A DNA stretch of 64,000 nt from an uncultured Bacteroidales bacterium (GCA_903926565.1 CAIYJU010000052.1:18581-82580); one strand, 5' to 3'; counted from the first letter of the stretch, positions 36,089 through 46,253 are shown. A program made the numbers and translations. The notes: generated from the letters alone by a model not told the origin.

Positions 36089-38458
36089 ATGAAATTTATT
36101 CGTTACATCCTTTCCTGCCTGTTTATCTTCTCAGGTTTAATACAGGCATTTTCACAACAGGTTCCCATTGGCCAGTGGCGTGATGAACTTCCCTACACCC
36201 TCGTCAACTCCCTCACGGATGCGGGCAACAGGATCTATGCATCCACACCTTATGCCATTTTTTATTATGACAAGGATGATAACAGCGTGGTACGTATCAC
36301 CAAAATCACAGGACTGTCAGACATCGGGATCAGCTGCATCAATTACAACAAAGAATACAAGACGCTTGTCATTGCCTATTCCAATGCCAACATCGATCTG
36401 ATCAAGGACAATGTCATCATTAATATCTCAGATATCAAACGCAAGCAAATCCTTGGAAATAAAACCATCAACAGCATTTACTTCATCGGAAAAGACGCAT
36501 ATCTGTCATGCGGATTTGGCATCGTCGTACTCGATATCAACAAGGAGGAGATCCGCGATACCTATTATATAGGCAAAGGTGGCAGCCAGGTGAATGTACT
36601 TGCCCTGACCAAAGACCCCCAGGATACGCTGTTTGCCGCAACCGAAAAAGGAATCTATAAAGGCTGGGCAAATGATCCCAACCTCGCAAATTTCTCCTCC
36701 TGGAAAAAAGATTCACGCATTGATACCACCGCAACATATAATTCGATTACAAGTTTTACCGGGAAAATTTTTGTCAATAAAAAGAAAAGTTCAGCAACCA
36801 CTGATACAATATGTGTCTATTCCAATGGCGCATGGAGCCGCCTGGTCCAGGAACCCTATTATCCGATCATGCACATTGAAGCAAATGACCAATACCTGGT
36901 TATTGCATATAATTATTTCGTTAAAGCCATTAACACCGGCCTTGATGTGACTACCAATGTTCCCGGGTCCGATTATCCGCTTTACGCAATTGCCGACCAG
37001 GACGGGCAGATGTGGGTGGGTGATAACTATAACGGACTTGTTAATTACATTCCCTCAACAAATGCCATCAACCACATAAAACTCAGCGGCCCGTCAACCG
37101 CGCTGGCTTTCAGCATGACCAGCAGGGGCAATGAACTCTTTGTTGCACCCGGAGGAAGAAACGGCTCCTACGGCCCCATCTACAGCCGGCCCCAGGTTTA
37201 CCACTTCAACAATACCGACTGGTATAACCTCGAAGGCTACAACAATCCCATCCTCGATATGACGCATGATGTGGTCACCATTGCCATTGATCCGAACGAC
37301 AGCAAACATGTCTTTGCAGGAACCTACGGAAAAGGGCTCGTTGAAATTTACAACGATTCAGCTGTCAGGCGGTTTACTTATGGCAACAGTACACTTCGCA
37401 ACTACTCCGGCTCAGACACCTCTGATGTGCGGGTTGGGGGTGTCGCTTATGATAACGACGGCAACCTGTGGGTGGTCAACTCCTTCAACAACAGGTGCCT
37501 CTCCATGAGAAAAGGGAATACCTGGACAGGTTTTAACATCCCTGTTGAGAGCGACCTGGGTCAGCTCCTCATCGACAGGCACAATCAGAAATGGATCCAG
37601 ATGCGCTACGGCACCATGAATGCGAATGCGCTGTTGGTCTTTACCGATAACAACACCCCTGAAAATCCAGGAGATGATGACTACAAGCTCCTGAATTCAA
37701 TGGTGGGCAGTGGTAATATCCCCGGAACAACAGTCCTGGCCATGGCCGAAGATAAGAAAGGGGAGATCTGGGTCGGTACAGAAAAAGGGATTGCTGTCTT
37801 TTATTCTCCCGAGAATGTGTTTGGCGGAGGCAACTTCGACGCCCAACGAATCCTGGTCACCCAGGGAAGCAATGTTCAATACCTGCTTGAAAATGAATCG
37901 GTCACAGCCATCGCCGTGGATGGAGCCAACCAGAAATGGGTCGGCACCGATCGTGGCGGAGTGTTCCTTTTTTCAGAAGACGGCACCAGGGAGATCTTTC
38001 ATTTTACTGCTGAAAACAGTCCGTTGCTGTCGAACAGGATTATATGCATAGCAGTGAATGCAGATGGAAATGTGTTTTTCGGCACCGACAATGGCATAAT
38101 CTCATACAGGGGTTCAGCAACACCGGGTGGTGAAACAAACGGGGAGGTATATGCCTTTCCCAATCCGGTCAGGGAAGATTACGACGGCGTGATCGCTGTT
38201 AAAGGCCTTGTCAGCAATGCAGAAGTAAGAATCACGGATGTGAATGGCACACTGGTTTTTTCAGGTCATGCAGGCAGCGTGAATTCGGGCGGAAGCACGA
38301 CAGGAGCGAACGGCCAGACAGGCGTGTATGGCGGCCAGGTTGTATGGGATGGTAAAAATTTCGACGGGAAAAAAGCCCATACCGGGGTTTACCTGGTGTT
38401 TGCGGCCGACGAAACCGGCGCCGAACGGGTGGTAACCAAAATCCTCATCGTGAACTGA
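36089..38458 (+). CDS. secreted two-component-regulator-propeller (double beta-propeller) protein with a T9SS-type C-terminal domain; possible PorZ-like T9SS component
   Basis: Signal peptide, repeated propeller blades (…MWVGDNYNGLVNY…, …WVGTEKGIAVF…), and a C-terminal beta-sandwich ending ...GVYLVFAADETGAERVVTKILIVN. Confidence 0.55.
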   Translation: MKFIRYILSCLFIFSGLIQAFSQQVPIGQWRDELPYTLVNSLTDAGNRIYASTPYAIFYYDKDDNSVVRITKITGLSDIGISCINYNKEYKTLVIAYSNANIDLIKDNVIINISDIKRKQILGNKTINSIYFIGKDAYLSCGFGIVVLDINKEEIRDTYYIGKGGSQVNVLALTKDPQDTLFAATEKGIYKGWANDPNLANFSSWKKDSRIDTTATYNSITSFTGKIFVNKKKSSATTDTICVYSNGAWSRLVQEPYYPIMHIEANDQYLVIAYNYFVKAINTGLDVTTNVPGSDYPLYAIADQDGQMWVGDNYNGLVNYIPSTNAINHIKLSGPSTALAFSMTSRGNELFVAPGGRNGSYGPIYSRPQVYHFNNTDWYNLEGYNNPILDMTHDVVTIAIDPNDSKHVFAGTYGKGLVEIYNDSAVRRFTYGNSTLRNYSGSDTSDVRVGGVAYDNDGNLWVVNSFNNRCLSMRKGNTWTGFNIPVESDLGQLLIDRHNQKWIQMRYGTMNANALLVFTDNNTPENPGDDDYKLLNSMVGSGNIPGTTVLAMAEDKKGEIWVGTEKGIAVFYSPENVFGGGNFDAQRILVTQGSNVQYLLENESVTAIAVDGANQKWVGTDRGGVFLFSEDGTREIFHFTAENSPLLSNRIICIAVNADGNVFFGTDNGIISYRGSATPGGETNGEVYAFPNPVREDYDGVIAVKGLVSNAEVRITDVNGTLVFSGHAGSVNSGGSTTGANGQTGVYGGQVVWDGKNFDGKKAHTGVYLVFAADETGAERVVTKILIVN

Positions 38459-39174
38459 TGCTTCATTCAACAAAAGGCATTGTTTTTCATTCCCTTAAAT
38501 ACTCAGAAACCAGTATCATCGTTAAAATTTACACCGATCTTTTCGGGATTCAATCTTACCTGATCAAAGGAATCCGGAATGCAAAGTCAAAAGTAAAACC
38601 CGGACTCTTCCAATCGATGACGCTGCTCGATCTCGTCGTTTACCACAAAGAAAAACAGTCGCTGCAATCAATAAAAGAGGTCCAGCTCTCCTGCCCTTTT
38701 AAAACTATTCCATTCGATATCCGTAAAAGTTCAGTGGTTATGTTTATCAACGAACTGGTTTATAAATCGATTCGTGAAGAGGAGGCAAATCCTGAACTTT
38801 TCGGTTTTCTCTGGCAATCCTGCCGTGATCTTGATGAAACTGAAGAGAGCGTATCCGGCTTTCATCTCCGTTTTTCCCTTCAGCTGATGCAATACCTTGG
38901 GATCTTTCCTCAGAACAACAGGGCTGACAGTTTTCCAATATTTAACCTGCGTGAAGGATGTTTTCAGGCGAGGGTTCCAAATCATCCCCATTACCTTGAC
39001 CCGGAGCAGAGCAGGGTGTTTTCTGAGATACTGGATATGAATATCGAATATCGAATATTGAATATCGAATATCGAAGGAAGATTCTTGAAACCATCCTTC
39101 TTTATTACCAGTTGCACCTGCCCGGGTTCAAAGGAGTTCAATCGCATCACATCCTCCATGATGTGTTGGCCTAA
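38458..39174 (+). CDS. recO: DNA repair protein RecO
   Basis: An N-terminal OB-fold region ([20 protein letters not shown]...) followed by a helical C-terminal domain; 238 aa. Confidence 0.78.
   Translation: MLHSTKGIVFHSLKYSETSIIVKIYTDLFGIQSYLIKGIRNAKSKVKPGLFQSMTLLDLVVYHKEKQSLQSIKEVQLSCPFKTIPFDIRKSSVVMFINELVYKSIREEEANPELFGFLWQSCRDLDETEESVSGFHLRFSLQLMQYLGIFPQNNRADSFPIFNLREGCFQARVPNHPHYLDPEQSRVFSEILDMNIEYRILNIEYRRKILETILLYYQLHLPGFKGVQSHHILHDVLA
39039..39073. repeat. heptanucleotide SSR (GAATATC)x5 inside the recO coding sequence
   Basis: gaatatc gaatatc gaatatt gaatatc gaatatc, encoding [13 protein letters not shown]. Confidence 0.65.
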
Positions 39175-39203
39175 ATCCGTATCTTTGCCAAAAATCTGGC
39201 ATT

Positions 39204-40721
39204 ATGATAACAGGATTAACCGAACAGGAAACAATACGCAGGAATTCTTTAAATGAACTGACCAGGCTTGGCATCAATGCCTACCCTCCTGAAACATTTG
39301 AGGTCAATGTAAAAGCCGCTGAAATAAAGCAAAATTTTCCCAACGATAACACCCTGTACCAGCAGGCGAGTATTGCCGGACGCATCATGAGCAGGCGAAT
39401 CATGGGCGCTGCCTCTTTTGTGGAACTGCAGGACGAAAGCGGCCGGATTCAACTTTACGTCAAACGGGATGACATCTGCCCCTCGGAGGATAAAACCCTC
39501 TACAATACGGTCTTCAAGAAGCTGCTCGACATCGGCGACATCATCGGCATCACGGGGTTTGTATTCATCACCCAGATGGGCGAGATCACCATCCATGTTC
39601 AATCACTGAAGCTGCTGAGCAAATCGTTACGGCCCCTGCCTATCGTGAAAGAGAAGGAAGATGAAGTATTCGACGCCTACACCGACCCCGAACAGCGGTA
39701 TCGCCAGCGCTATGTCGATATGATCGTGAACCCTGAAGTCCGTGATGTGTTTGTTAAACGGAACATCCTGCAGAACTCCATGCGCAATTACCTGAACGCC
39801 AAATCATACCTGGAGGTGGAAACCCCGATTCTCCAGCCGCTTTACGGCGGTGCTGCAGCAAGGCCCTTTAAAACCTTTCACAACACCCTCGACATGACCC
39901 TCTATCTCAGGATTGCAAATGAGTTATACCTGAAAAGGCTGATTGTTGGTGGTTATGACGGCGTATATGAGTTCTCCAAAGATTTCCGCAACGAAGGAAT
40001 GGACCGCTTCCACAACCCCGAATTCACCCAGATGGAACTCTATGTCGCCTACAAAGATTATGAATGGATGATGGACCTCGTGGAGGAGATGGTGGAAAAA
40101 ATCGCCATGGACCTGCACGGAACCACACAGGTCCGGGTGGGTGAAAACCTCATCGATTTCAAACGGCCGTGGACAAGGTTCACGATGTTTGAAGCCATTC
40201 AGCATTTTACCGGGGTTGACATCAGCGACAAATCGGAAGAAGAGCTGGGCAGCATCGCCAAAGAACTTGACGTGCCCATCGACCGCACCATGGCAAAAGG
40301 GAAGATCATTGACCAGATCTTCGGGGAGAAATGCGAACCATTCCTTATCCAGCCAACTTTCATCACCGATTACCCGGTTGAGATGTCGCCACTCGCGAAG
40401 AAACACCGCAGCAAAGAGGGACTCGTTGAGCGTTTTGAGGCGATCTGCAACGGAAAAGAGTTGTGCAACTCCTTTTCGGAATTAAACGATCCCATCGACC
40501 AGCGTGAACGGTTTGAGTCACAGCTTGAACTTGGCAAGCGCGGCGATGATGAGTCGATGGTGCTGGATGAGGATTTCCTGCGCGCACTCGAATTCGGAAT
40601 GCCTCCGACCGCCGGGCTTGGAATCGGAATCGACCGGCTGACCATGATCATGACCAACTCTCAGTCCATCCAGGATGTACTCTTCTTCCCCCAGATGAGG
40701 CCGGAGAAACGGAACAGCTAG
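39204..40721 (+). CDS. lysS: lysine--tRNA ligase (class II)
   Basis: An OB anticodon-binding domain and class II motifs ([14 protein letters not shown]); 505 aa. Confidence 0.9.
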   Translation: MITGLTEQETIRRNSLNELTRLGINAYPPETFEVNVKAAEIKQNFPNDNTLYQQASIAGRIMSRRIMGAASFVELQDESGRIQLYVKRDDICPSEDKTLYNTVFKKLLDIGDIIGITGFVFITQMGEITIHVQSLKLLSKSLRPLPIVKEKEDEVFDAYTDPEQRYRQRYVDMIVNPEVRDVFVKRNILQNSMRNYLNAKSYLEVETPILQPLYGGAAARPFKTFHNTLDMTLYLRIANELYLKRLIVGGYDGVYEFSKDFRNEGMDRFHNPEFTQMELYVAYKDYEWMMDLVEEMVEKIAMDLHGTTQVRVGENLIDFKRPWTRFTMFEAIQHFTGVDISDKSEEELGSIAKELDVPIDRTMAKGKIIDQIFGEKCEPFLIQPTFITDYPVEMSPLAKKHRSKEGLVERFEAICNGKELCNSFSELNDPIDQRERFESQLELGKRGDDESMVLDEDFLRALEFGMPPTAGLGIGIDRLTMIMTNSQSIQDVLFFPQMRPEKRNS

Positions 40722-40737
40722 CTGAACTGAAAATCCC

Positions 40738-41238
40738 TCAGCGCCTGTTCATCCATCCTTTGCGGAACCGCTCCTGCGTGGGATCATGCCTGATCAGATC
40801 GTCAATAAATGTTGCTCTGGCATCAGCGATTTTACCATGAATCTCTTGCTGATTTGCTGAATTCAGCGCGGTGACGGTTTTCGGTCCTACCGACCCGTCG
40901 TCGGCAACACCCAGCAATCGCTGCGGAATGACAATTCCCCATTTGCCCGAAGCCCATACCCAGTCAACCAGGATATCTGCCACTGACTGATTCACAATTT
41001 GGTCTGCCTTCCAGCGGTCCCAGTAGAATTTCTTCAGCACCACCGTGGCATCTGCCCGGGTGAGGAGCCGCATATCGGCGGCATCTATGTCTCCATCGCC
41101 ATCCTTGTCATACCCGACCTGCCTCCAGGTTGCGAGGGTAACACCCATGTTTGTTGCACCGCCCCGGTCGAGCGGGTCATTCACAAAACCCCCTTCCCAT
41201 TTGAATATTTTGGGGGCTAAAATATTTACATCGGCCAT
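40738..41238 (-). CDS. GH108-family N-acetylmuramidase-like domain plus PG_binding_3 peptidoglycan-binding domain, with an inserted EF-hand-like Ca-binding loop; no signal peptide
   Basis: [23 protein letters not shown] (GH108 signature, catalytic-Glu context); [12 protein letters not shown] fits the 12-residue EF-hand loop; C-terminal [12 protein letters not shown] is PG_binding_3-like. Confidence 0.65.
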   Translation of the reverse strand: MADVNILAPKIFKWEGGFVNDPLDRGGATNMGVTLATWRQVGYDKDGDGDIDAADMRLLTRADATVVLKKFYWDRWKADQIVNQSVADILVDWVWASGKWGIVIPQRLLGVADDGSVGPKTVTALNSANQQEIHGKIADARATFIDDLIRHDPTQERFRKGWMNRR

Positions 41239-41673
41239 CGTTTTTCGTTTTTAACTTGTTTGACAAATAGAAACAAAGATAAATGAATAAAATTTCAGGT
41301 TGGACAATTTACGATTGACGAATAAATTTCATTTTCTTTCGTATCAGACCGGTCAAATTTAGGATATTAAGTTCACATTTGTTGTTTATGGATAAGAGCA
41401 ATGTGAGGTACAACAATCGCAGATGAGAACAGAACAATCTTTTCGTGTTCGACGCGACCGGAATACTTGTCCGGAAATTCTCCATTCCAAAAAACTCACA
41501 AGGGCTTGTTACCTGGGATGGCAGGATCTCATGCAACTAAATCACACCATATTGTGATTTAGTTGGTTTTGCTGTTAACGCGTTGCATTATATCCGGAAA
41601 AAACACAAAATAGTGTGATATTTATGGTTATTTGAAAAACAATCTTTACATTTGTCAATATAATCACTTTAAA

Positions 41674-41886
41674 ATGTTAGCCGGGCAACTTGGAAAAACC
41701 ATAAAACTCAGACGAAAAGAGTTGAGTTTAACTCAGCCGCACCTGGCTGAATTGGCAAATATCAGCACCAATACTTTGTATAAACTGGAGCGTGGGCAGG
41801 GAAATCCATCATTGGCGGTGCTGAACAAATTAGCCGAAGTATTGGGTATGGAACTATCCCTTCGCGTTAAACGAATTATTGAATAA
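41674..41886 (+). CDS. hipB: XRE-family HTH antitoxin (HipB-like)
   Basis: LSLTQPHLAELANISTNTLYKLERGQGNPSLAVLNKLAEVLGMEL. A TAcaTTTG -7-like promoter motif sits about 20 nt upstream. Confidence 0.7.
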   Translation: MLAGQLGKTIKLRRKELSLTQPHLAELANISTNTLYKLERGQGNPSLAVLNKLAEVLGMELSLRVKRIIE

Positions 41887-42216
41887 ATGAGAAAAGCGGA
41901 GGTCTATAACAATGGGGTACTCGCGGGCTTTCTCATCGAAGAAGGCCGGAATCATTATATATTCCGGTATGAGGATGCTTATTTTAACGACCCGGGTAAA
42001 CCGGCAATAAGTTTAACACTTCCAAAATTTCAACAGGAATACGACAGTGAGTTTTTGTTTCCATACTTCAGCAACATGGTAGCAGAAGGAATCAATTTAG
42101 CAATACAAAGCAGGTACCTGAAAATAGATGAGAGAGATTTGTTAAGCTTACTGGGAGCAACAGCAACAAGCGACACTATCGGTGCAGTAACGGTAAAATT
42201 GATTGTAAGGAAATGA
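41887..42216 (+). CDS. HipA N-terminal-subdomain-like small protein (HipS-like)
   Basis: MRKAEVYNNGVLAGFLIEEGRNHYIFRYEDAYF...AISLTLP matches the HipA_N (Couple_hipA) pattern. 109 aa. The start is adjacent to the hipB stop, and the gene overlaps the next gene by 4 bp. Confidence 0.65.
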   Translation: MRKAEVYNNGVLAGFLIEEGRNHYIFRYEDAYFNDPGKPAISLTLPKFQQEYDSEFLFPYFSNMVAEGINLAIQSRYLKIDERDLLSLLGATATSDTIGAVTVKLIVRK

Positions 42217-43244
42217 ACCTGGACGACATTAAATATTGCCCGTGTACATTGGCTGAAGGTTTTAAAACATACAGCCCTGCTGGATTACGCATCATGTTTG
42301 GCCGGAAAAAAGTAAGTCATGTTTTAGACTTTAATGCTCCTGAAGCAGATGAAGAAGTAGCTGAACGACTCAGATTGAACAGCAGCACAATTTCCATAAG
42401 CGGAGCACAGTTTAAACAATCGCTGGTGGTTGAAAACAACAAACTCCGCCTGACAAAACAGGGAGAACCAGGGCAATATATCCTTAAGCCAATCCCCTTC
42501 AGTCCACCTTTTGGGAAAAAAGAAGAGCTACCGGCAAATGAGCACCTGACCATGCAAATAGCCAAACAAGCTTTCAGCATGCTTGTTGCGGAATGTGCTC
42601 TGATATTCTTTAAAAATGGCGAGCCGGCATATATTACGAAGCGATTTGACTACGCAAAAGACGGAAGAAAAATAGCACAGGAGGATTTTGCCTCAATTTC
42701 CGGCATGTCAAAAGAAAAAGACGGAGAAAGTTACAGAAACAGCGGAAGCTATGAAGATATCGCCATTCATATGAAAAAGTACGTTATGGCGCATGCTGTG
42801 GAATTAGAAAAATATTTTGAGCGTATTGTTTTCAACTATTTGTTTAGCAACGGAGATGCGCACCTTAAAAATTTCTCACTTCAACAGACCACAAGCGGTG
42901 ATTACCTGTTAAGTCCGGCTTATGATTTGATTGATACCGCCATACATATTCCTGCAGATTCGTTTTTTGCACTGAGCGATGGACTATTTTCAAATGAATT
43001 TAATACAGAAAGCTTTAAAGTTTTAGGCTTTTACGCTTACGATGATTTTTTTGAATTTGGTATACAAATTGGCATGATGGAGAGCCGCATCAGGAAGATA
43101 TTGGATAAATACCGAAATAAAAATCAAAAAGCGTTGATCCTTACCCAATCTTCTTTTTTAAGTGACTCAATAAAGCAATTGTATACAGATCATTACATTG
43201 ACCGGCTTAAAATGCTTAACACCTCATTCTCGCATAAAATATAA
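42213..43244 (+). CDS. HipA-family Ser/Thr kinase toxin lacking the N-terminal subdomain (HipT-like)
   Basis: Gly-rich loop ISGAQFKQSLVV, catalytic DAHLKNFSL, and SPAYDLIDT motifs of HipA_C; 343 aa. Confidence 0.72.
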   Translation: MNLDDIKYCPCTLAEGFKTYSPAGLRIMFGRKKVSHVLDFNAPEADEEVAERLRLNSSTISISGAQFKQSLVVENNKLRLTKQGEPGQYILKPIPFSPPFGKKEELPANEHLTMQIAKQAFSMLVAECALIFFKNGEPAYITKRFDYAKDGRKIAQEDFASISGMSKEKDGESYRNSGSYEDIAIHMKKYVMAHAVELEKYFERIVFNYLFSNGDAHLKNFSLQQTTSGDYLLSPAYDLIDTAIHIPADSFFALSDGLFSNEFNTESFKVLGFYAYDDFFEFGIQIGMMESRIRKILDKYRNKNQKALILTQSSFLSDSIKQLYTDHYIDRLKMLNTSFSHKI

Positions 43245-43275
43245 CTTGCGAATATCCAGGATTGCCTTCATTTTT

Positions 43276-45321
43276 TTACCTGATCAGCACCATCCTCCCC
43301 GTTTCTGTCCTGTTTCCGCTCGTGACGTTGAAAAAGTAAATTCCCCCCGGAAGTTTGTTTCCCCCGGCATCGGTTCCATCCCATTGAATTGTCGAGGCTC
43401 CCGGTTCGAAAATTTCCGACACCAGGGTTTTAACTTTTGATCCCATGATATCTGAAATGTCAAGAGTCACCAAGCCTCGTCGTGTTATTTCAAGCGGAAT
43501 CGAGGTTGTTGAACTGAACGGGTTGGGGTAATTGGGGCGTATCATCCGATGAGTCGATTGCTTACTGATGGATTGCAGGAGATCATGGTTGACCATGATG
43601 ATCACATGGAAACTACCGGCTACGGTCGTTACCCTCATGCTGTCAAGATCAAAGAGGATTGCTGGAATAAGATTCAGAGGAATATTGAATTTAACACGTA
43701 CAGCAAAGCTGTCGGCAGGGTTCACCATGTGTGGTACAGTAGCCACCGACATGGAATCGACATACCACCAGCCCAAATCGCCCTGTTGCTGAACAGCGTC
43801 CAGCATTAGTCCGCCAGTGGTATAGTTGTGGAGCTGCGTGATTTTCCCGTTAAACATATCTGCAAATGTGAGAAACCATAACGTATCGGCAACCGGCGTC
43901 AGATTGGTATAAACCGTTTGAAAGGTAAACGGATCGGCTGCACCAATAAACGGGGCAGAAGCATGGCGACCCGACTGATCAGCGGCAGTAAGATAATACT
44001 TAATCACACTGCCTCCTGGCTGCTTCGGAATGGTGCCCGAATAACGTCCTGTTGAGATATTCGCCATCAGGGTAATATGATACGGTCCGCCGTTGACCTG
44101 GTAATGTATGAGTACCGAATCGGATTTTACCGGCTGATGGCTGCTGGCAATGATATCCGCATTGATCACATAATCATGTTCACAGGGCTGGTTGCCGGAG
44201 ATGGGAATATGTTTGATGTGCAGCAGGCCGATATCTGCAATGCCCATCACACGGCAATGCAGCGCATCAGTTGAAACCCATGGTGTGGATGGGTTTCCGA
44301 TGAAACCAATCACTTCGTATCCCGGCATGGCAGCTTCATACACTGCTTTCGCACTGTCGTCCCAGGGAGAATTCATGAACGGCACCAGTACCTTGTTGTT
44401 CAGGATCACCGAGTTCGAGTAGGGCTGATCCTGCGGGGTCATCACCCGGAAAATTTTATAATTGTAGCCATAGGAGCAGATTTGCGATGCCCAGTAAGTG
44501 GCGGCAGCCTCCAGGGGTGCATATTCGGGATCAGACGTAAGCACTTTTCTGATAAGCATTTTATCCGGGGCCAGAAATTTTCCCCAGCAATCGATGTGGT
44601 CGATGGAAGAAGATATGTTCGGATCGGGAACAACCTGGAAGTTCGTAATACCAACATAGTCATTCATTTTCTGTGCAATCTGGTCATGGGTCTGGGTTGG
44701 GTTTTCGACCCAGACGAGATCAGTCGAAGCACCTATTCCCAATCCGTCGGTCATATAATCCCCTCCTGTGGATATCACATTCATTCCGTACCATTGAATT
44801 CCAAGCATCTCTGCTACTTTTTTAGGAATCTCATCATCATTGGGGCGGGGACGGTTGTACGGGAAGTCAACAATCCCGATCTGGCTGGCGCTGTCCGATT
44901 CGAACCAGGGTCCGTAGTCGCGGGTCCAATAGCTGTCGGACAGGGCAATAATGAAATTACAGTGGCTTGTATCAACGCCGTTGCTGACATATTGACTTAT
45001 CACGGTATTCTTCTGGGCGACAGAAGCCACTACGGTAGTAACAGTAACGTCTGTGGCCATCTCTTTGATCAATGATATCGGAATGCCAAAGGGATACCGC
45101 ACCAGGGCCCCCTGCATCCGGTCAAATTCTTCCACATTGCGGACTGGTGCAACCGGGGGATTGGTTTCTACAAAACCTCTGCCGATTTCATTCCTGCGTA
45201 ACAGCTCATCCGGCGTCATTTCATGCCGGAGAGCCGGCCTGGCATCCTGCGGACTATCCTGGGCAAAGGAAGCTGCTGTTGTAATAAAAACAAGTAAAAG
45301 CGTGCTTAAAATCTGTCTCAT
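43276..45321 (-). CDS. secreted agmatine deiminase / Porphyromonas-type peptidylarginine deiminase-like enzyme with a T9SS C-terminal sorting domain
   Basis: Signal peptide. A PAD_porph-like catalytic region (…FIIALSDSYWTRDYGPWF…, …ALHCRVMG…). C-terminal …NYPNPFSSTTSIPLEI…GGIYFFNVTSGNRTETGRMVLIR. Confidence 0.68.
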   Translation of the reverse strand: MRQILSTLLLVFITTAASFAQDSPQDARPALRHEMTPDELLRRNEIGRGFVETNPPVAPVRNVEEFDRMQGALVRYPFGIPISLIKEMATDVTVTTVVASVAQKNTVISQYVSNGVDTSHCNFIIALSDSYWTRDYGPWFESDSASQIGIVDFPYNRPRPNDDEIPKKVAEMLGIQWYGMNVISTGGDYMTDGLGIGASTDLVWVENPTQTHDQIAQKMNDYVGITNFQVVPDPNISSSIDHIDCWGKFLAPDKMLIRKVLTSDPEYAPLEAAATYWASQICSYGYNYKIFRVMTPQDQPYSNSVILNNKVLVPFMNSPWDDSAKAVYEAAMPGYEVIGFIGNPSTPWVSTDALHCRVMGIADIGLLHIKHIPISGNQPCEHDYVINADIIASSHQPVKSDSVLIHYQVNGGPYHITLMANISTGRYSGTIPKQPGGSVIKYYLTAADQSGRHASAPFIGAADPFTFQTVYTNLTPVADTLWFLTFADMFNGKITQLHNYTTGGLMLDAVQQQGDLGWWYVDSMSVATVPHMVNPADSFAVRVKFNIPLNLIPAILFDLDSMRVTTVAGSFHVIIMVNHDLLQSISKQSTHRMIRPNYPNPFSSTTSIPLEITRRGLVTLDISDIMGSKVKTLVSEIFEPGASTIQWDGTDAGGNKLPGGIYFFNVTSGNRTETGRMVLIR

Positions 45322-45398
45322 CTTGAAAAGAATAGGATTACAAATATACCAATTTCAATGTTCTCATAAAATCACTATTTTTGCTGAAATTAATGTGA

Positions 45399-46253
45399 AT
45401 GAACAAAAAGATCAGGGTTGCCCGCCTCTCAATTTTTTCAAACAGCCTGCTGATCATCCTCAAGCTGGGCGTAGGTTTATTGTCAGGCTCTGTGAGCATC
45501 ATCTCGGAGGCCATCCATTCATTCATGGACCTCCTGGCATCTTTTGTTGCGTTTTTCTCTGTAAAGATTTCCGACACACCTGCCGATGAAAGGCATCCCT
45601 ACGGGCATGGAAAATTTGAGAACATCTCCGGCGTGGTCGAAGCGCTCCTTATTTTTGTTGCGGCATTCTGGATCATTTATGAAGCCATCAAGAAAATAAT
45701 CAACCCGGGAGAAGTTGAAAAGATAGGCTTTGGTTTTGCTGTGATGCTTATTTCTGCCGCCGTCAACATTTTTGTTTCCAGGAAACTTTACCGGGTCGCA
45801 AAGGAGACCGATTCAGTTGCGCTGGAAGCCGATGCGCTGCATCTTAAAACCGATGTTTACACCTCCATTGGCGTGGCTGCTGGGTTATTGCTGATGTGGA
45901 TCAGCGGCATTCACATGGTTGACCCGATTGCTGCCATCCTTGTAGCCCTGTTGATTTTAAAAGAGTCCTACGAACTGTTCTCAAAGGCTTATGCTCCGCT
46001 GCTTGACCTTGCATTGCCCGCAGCAGATGTAGAACAAATCTCGGGGATCATTCACCATCATTGCACCGCAGAAATGAGTTTCCATGAGCTGCGGACAAGA
46101 AAAGCCGGAAATTATAAATACATCGATTTTCACCTGAACCTGGACGCTGATAAAACGGTGAAGGAAGCCCATGAGATTTGCGACCGCATAGAAGAAGAGA
46201 TCAAAAAAGCCTTTGATCATGCCGAAGTCACGATCCATGTAGAGAATTTTTAA
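45399..46253 (+). CDS. cation diffusion facilitator family transporter (CzcD/FieF-like)
   Basis: Six TM helices with HSxxD motifs (AIHSFMDLL) and a C-terminal cytoplasmic domain. Confidence 0.82.
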   Translation: MNKKIRVARLSIFSNSLLIILKLGVGLLSGSVSIISEAIHSFMDLLASFVAFFSVKISDTPADERHPYGHGKFENISGVVEALLIFVAAFWIIYEAIKKIINPGEVEKIGFGFAVMLISAAVNIFVSRKLYRVAKETDSVALEADALHLKTDVYTSIGVAAGLLLMWISGIHMVDPIAAILVALLILKESYELFSKAYAPLLDLALPAADVEQISGIIHHHCTAEMSFHELRTRKAGNYKYIDFHLNLDADKTVKEAHEICDRIEEEIKKAFDHAEVTIHVENF

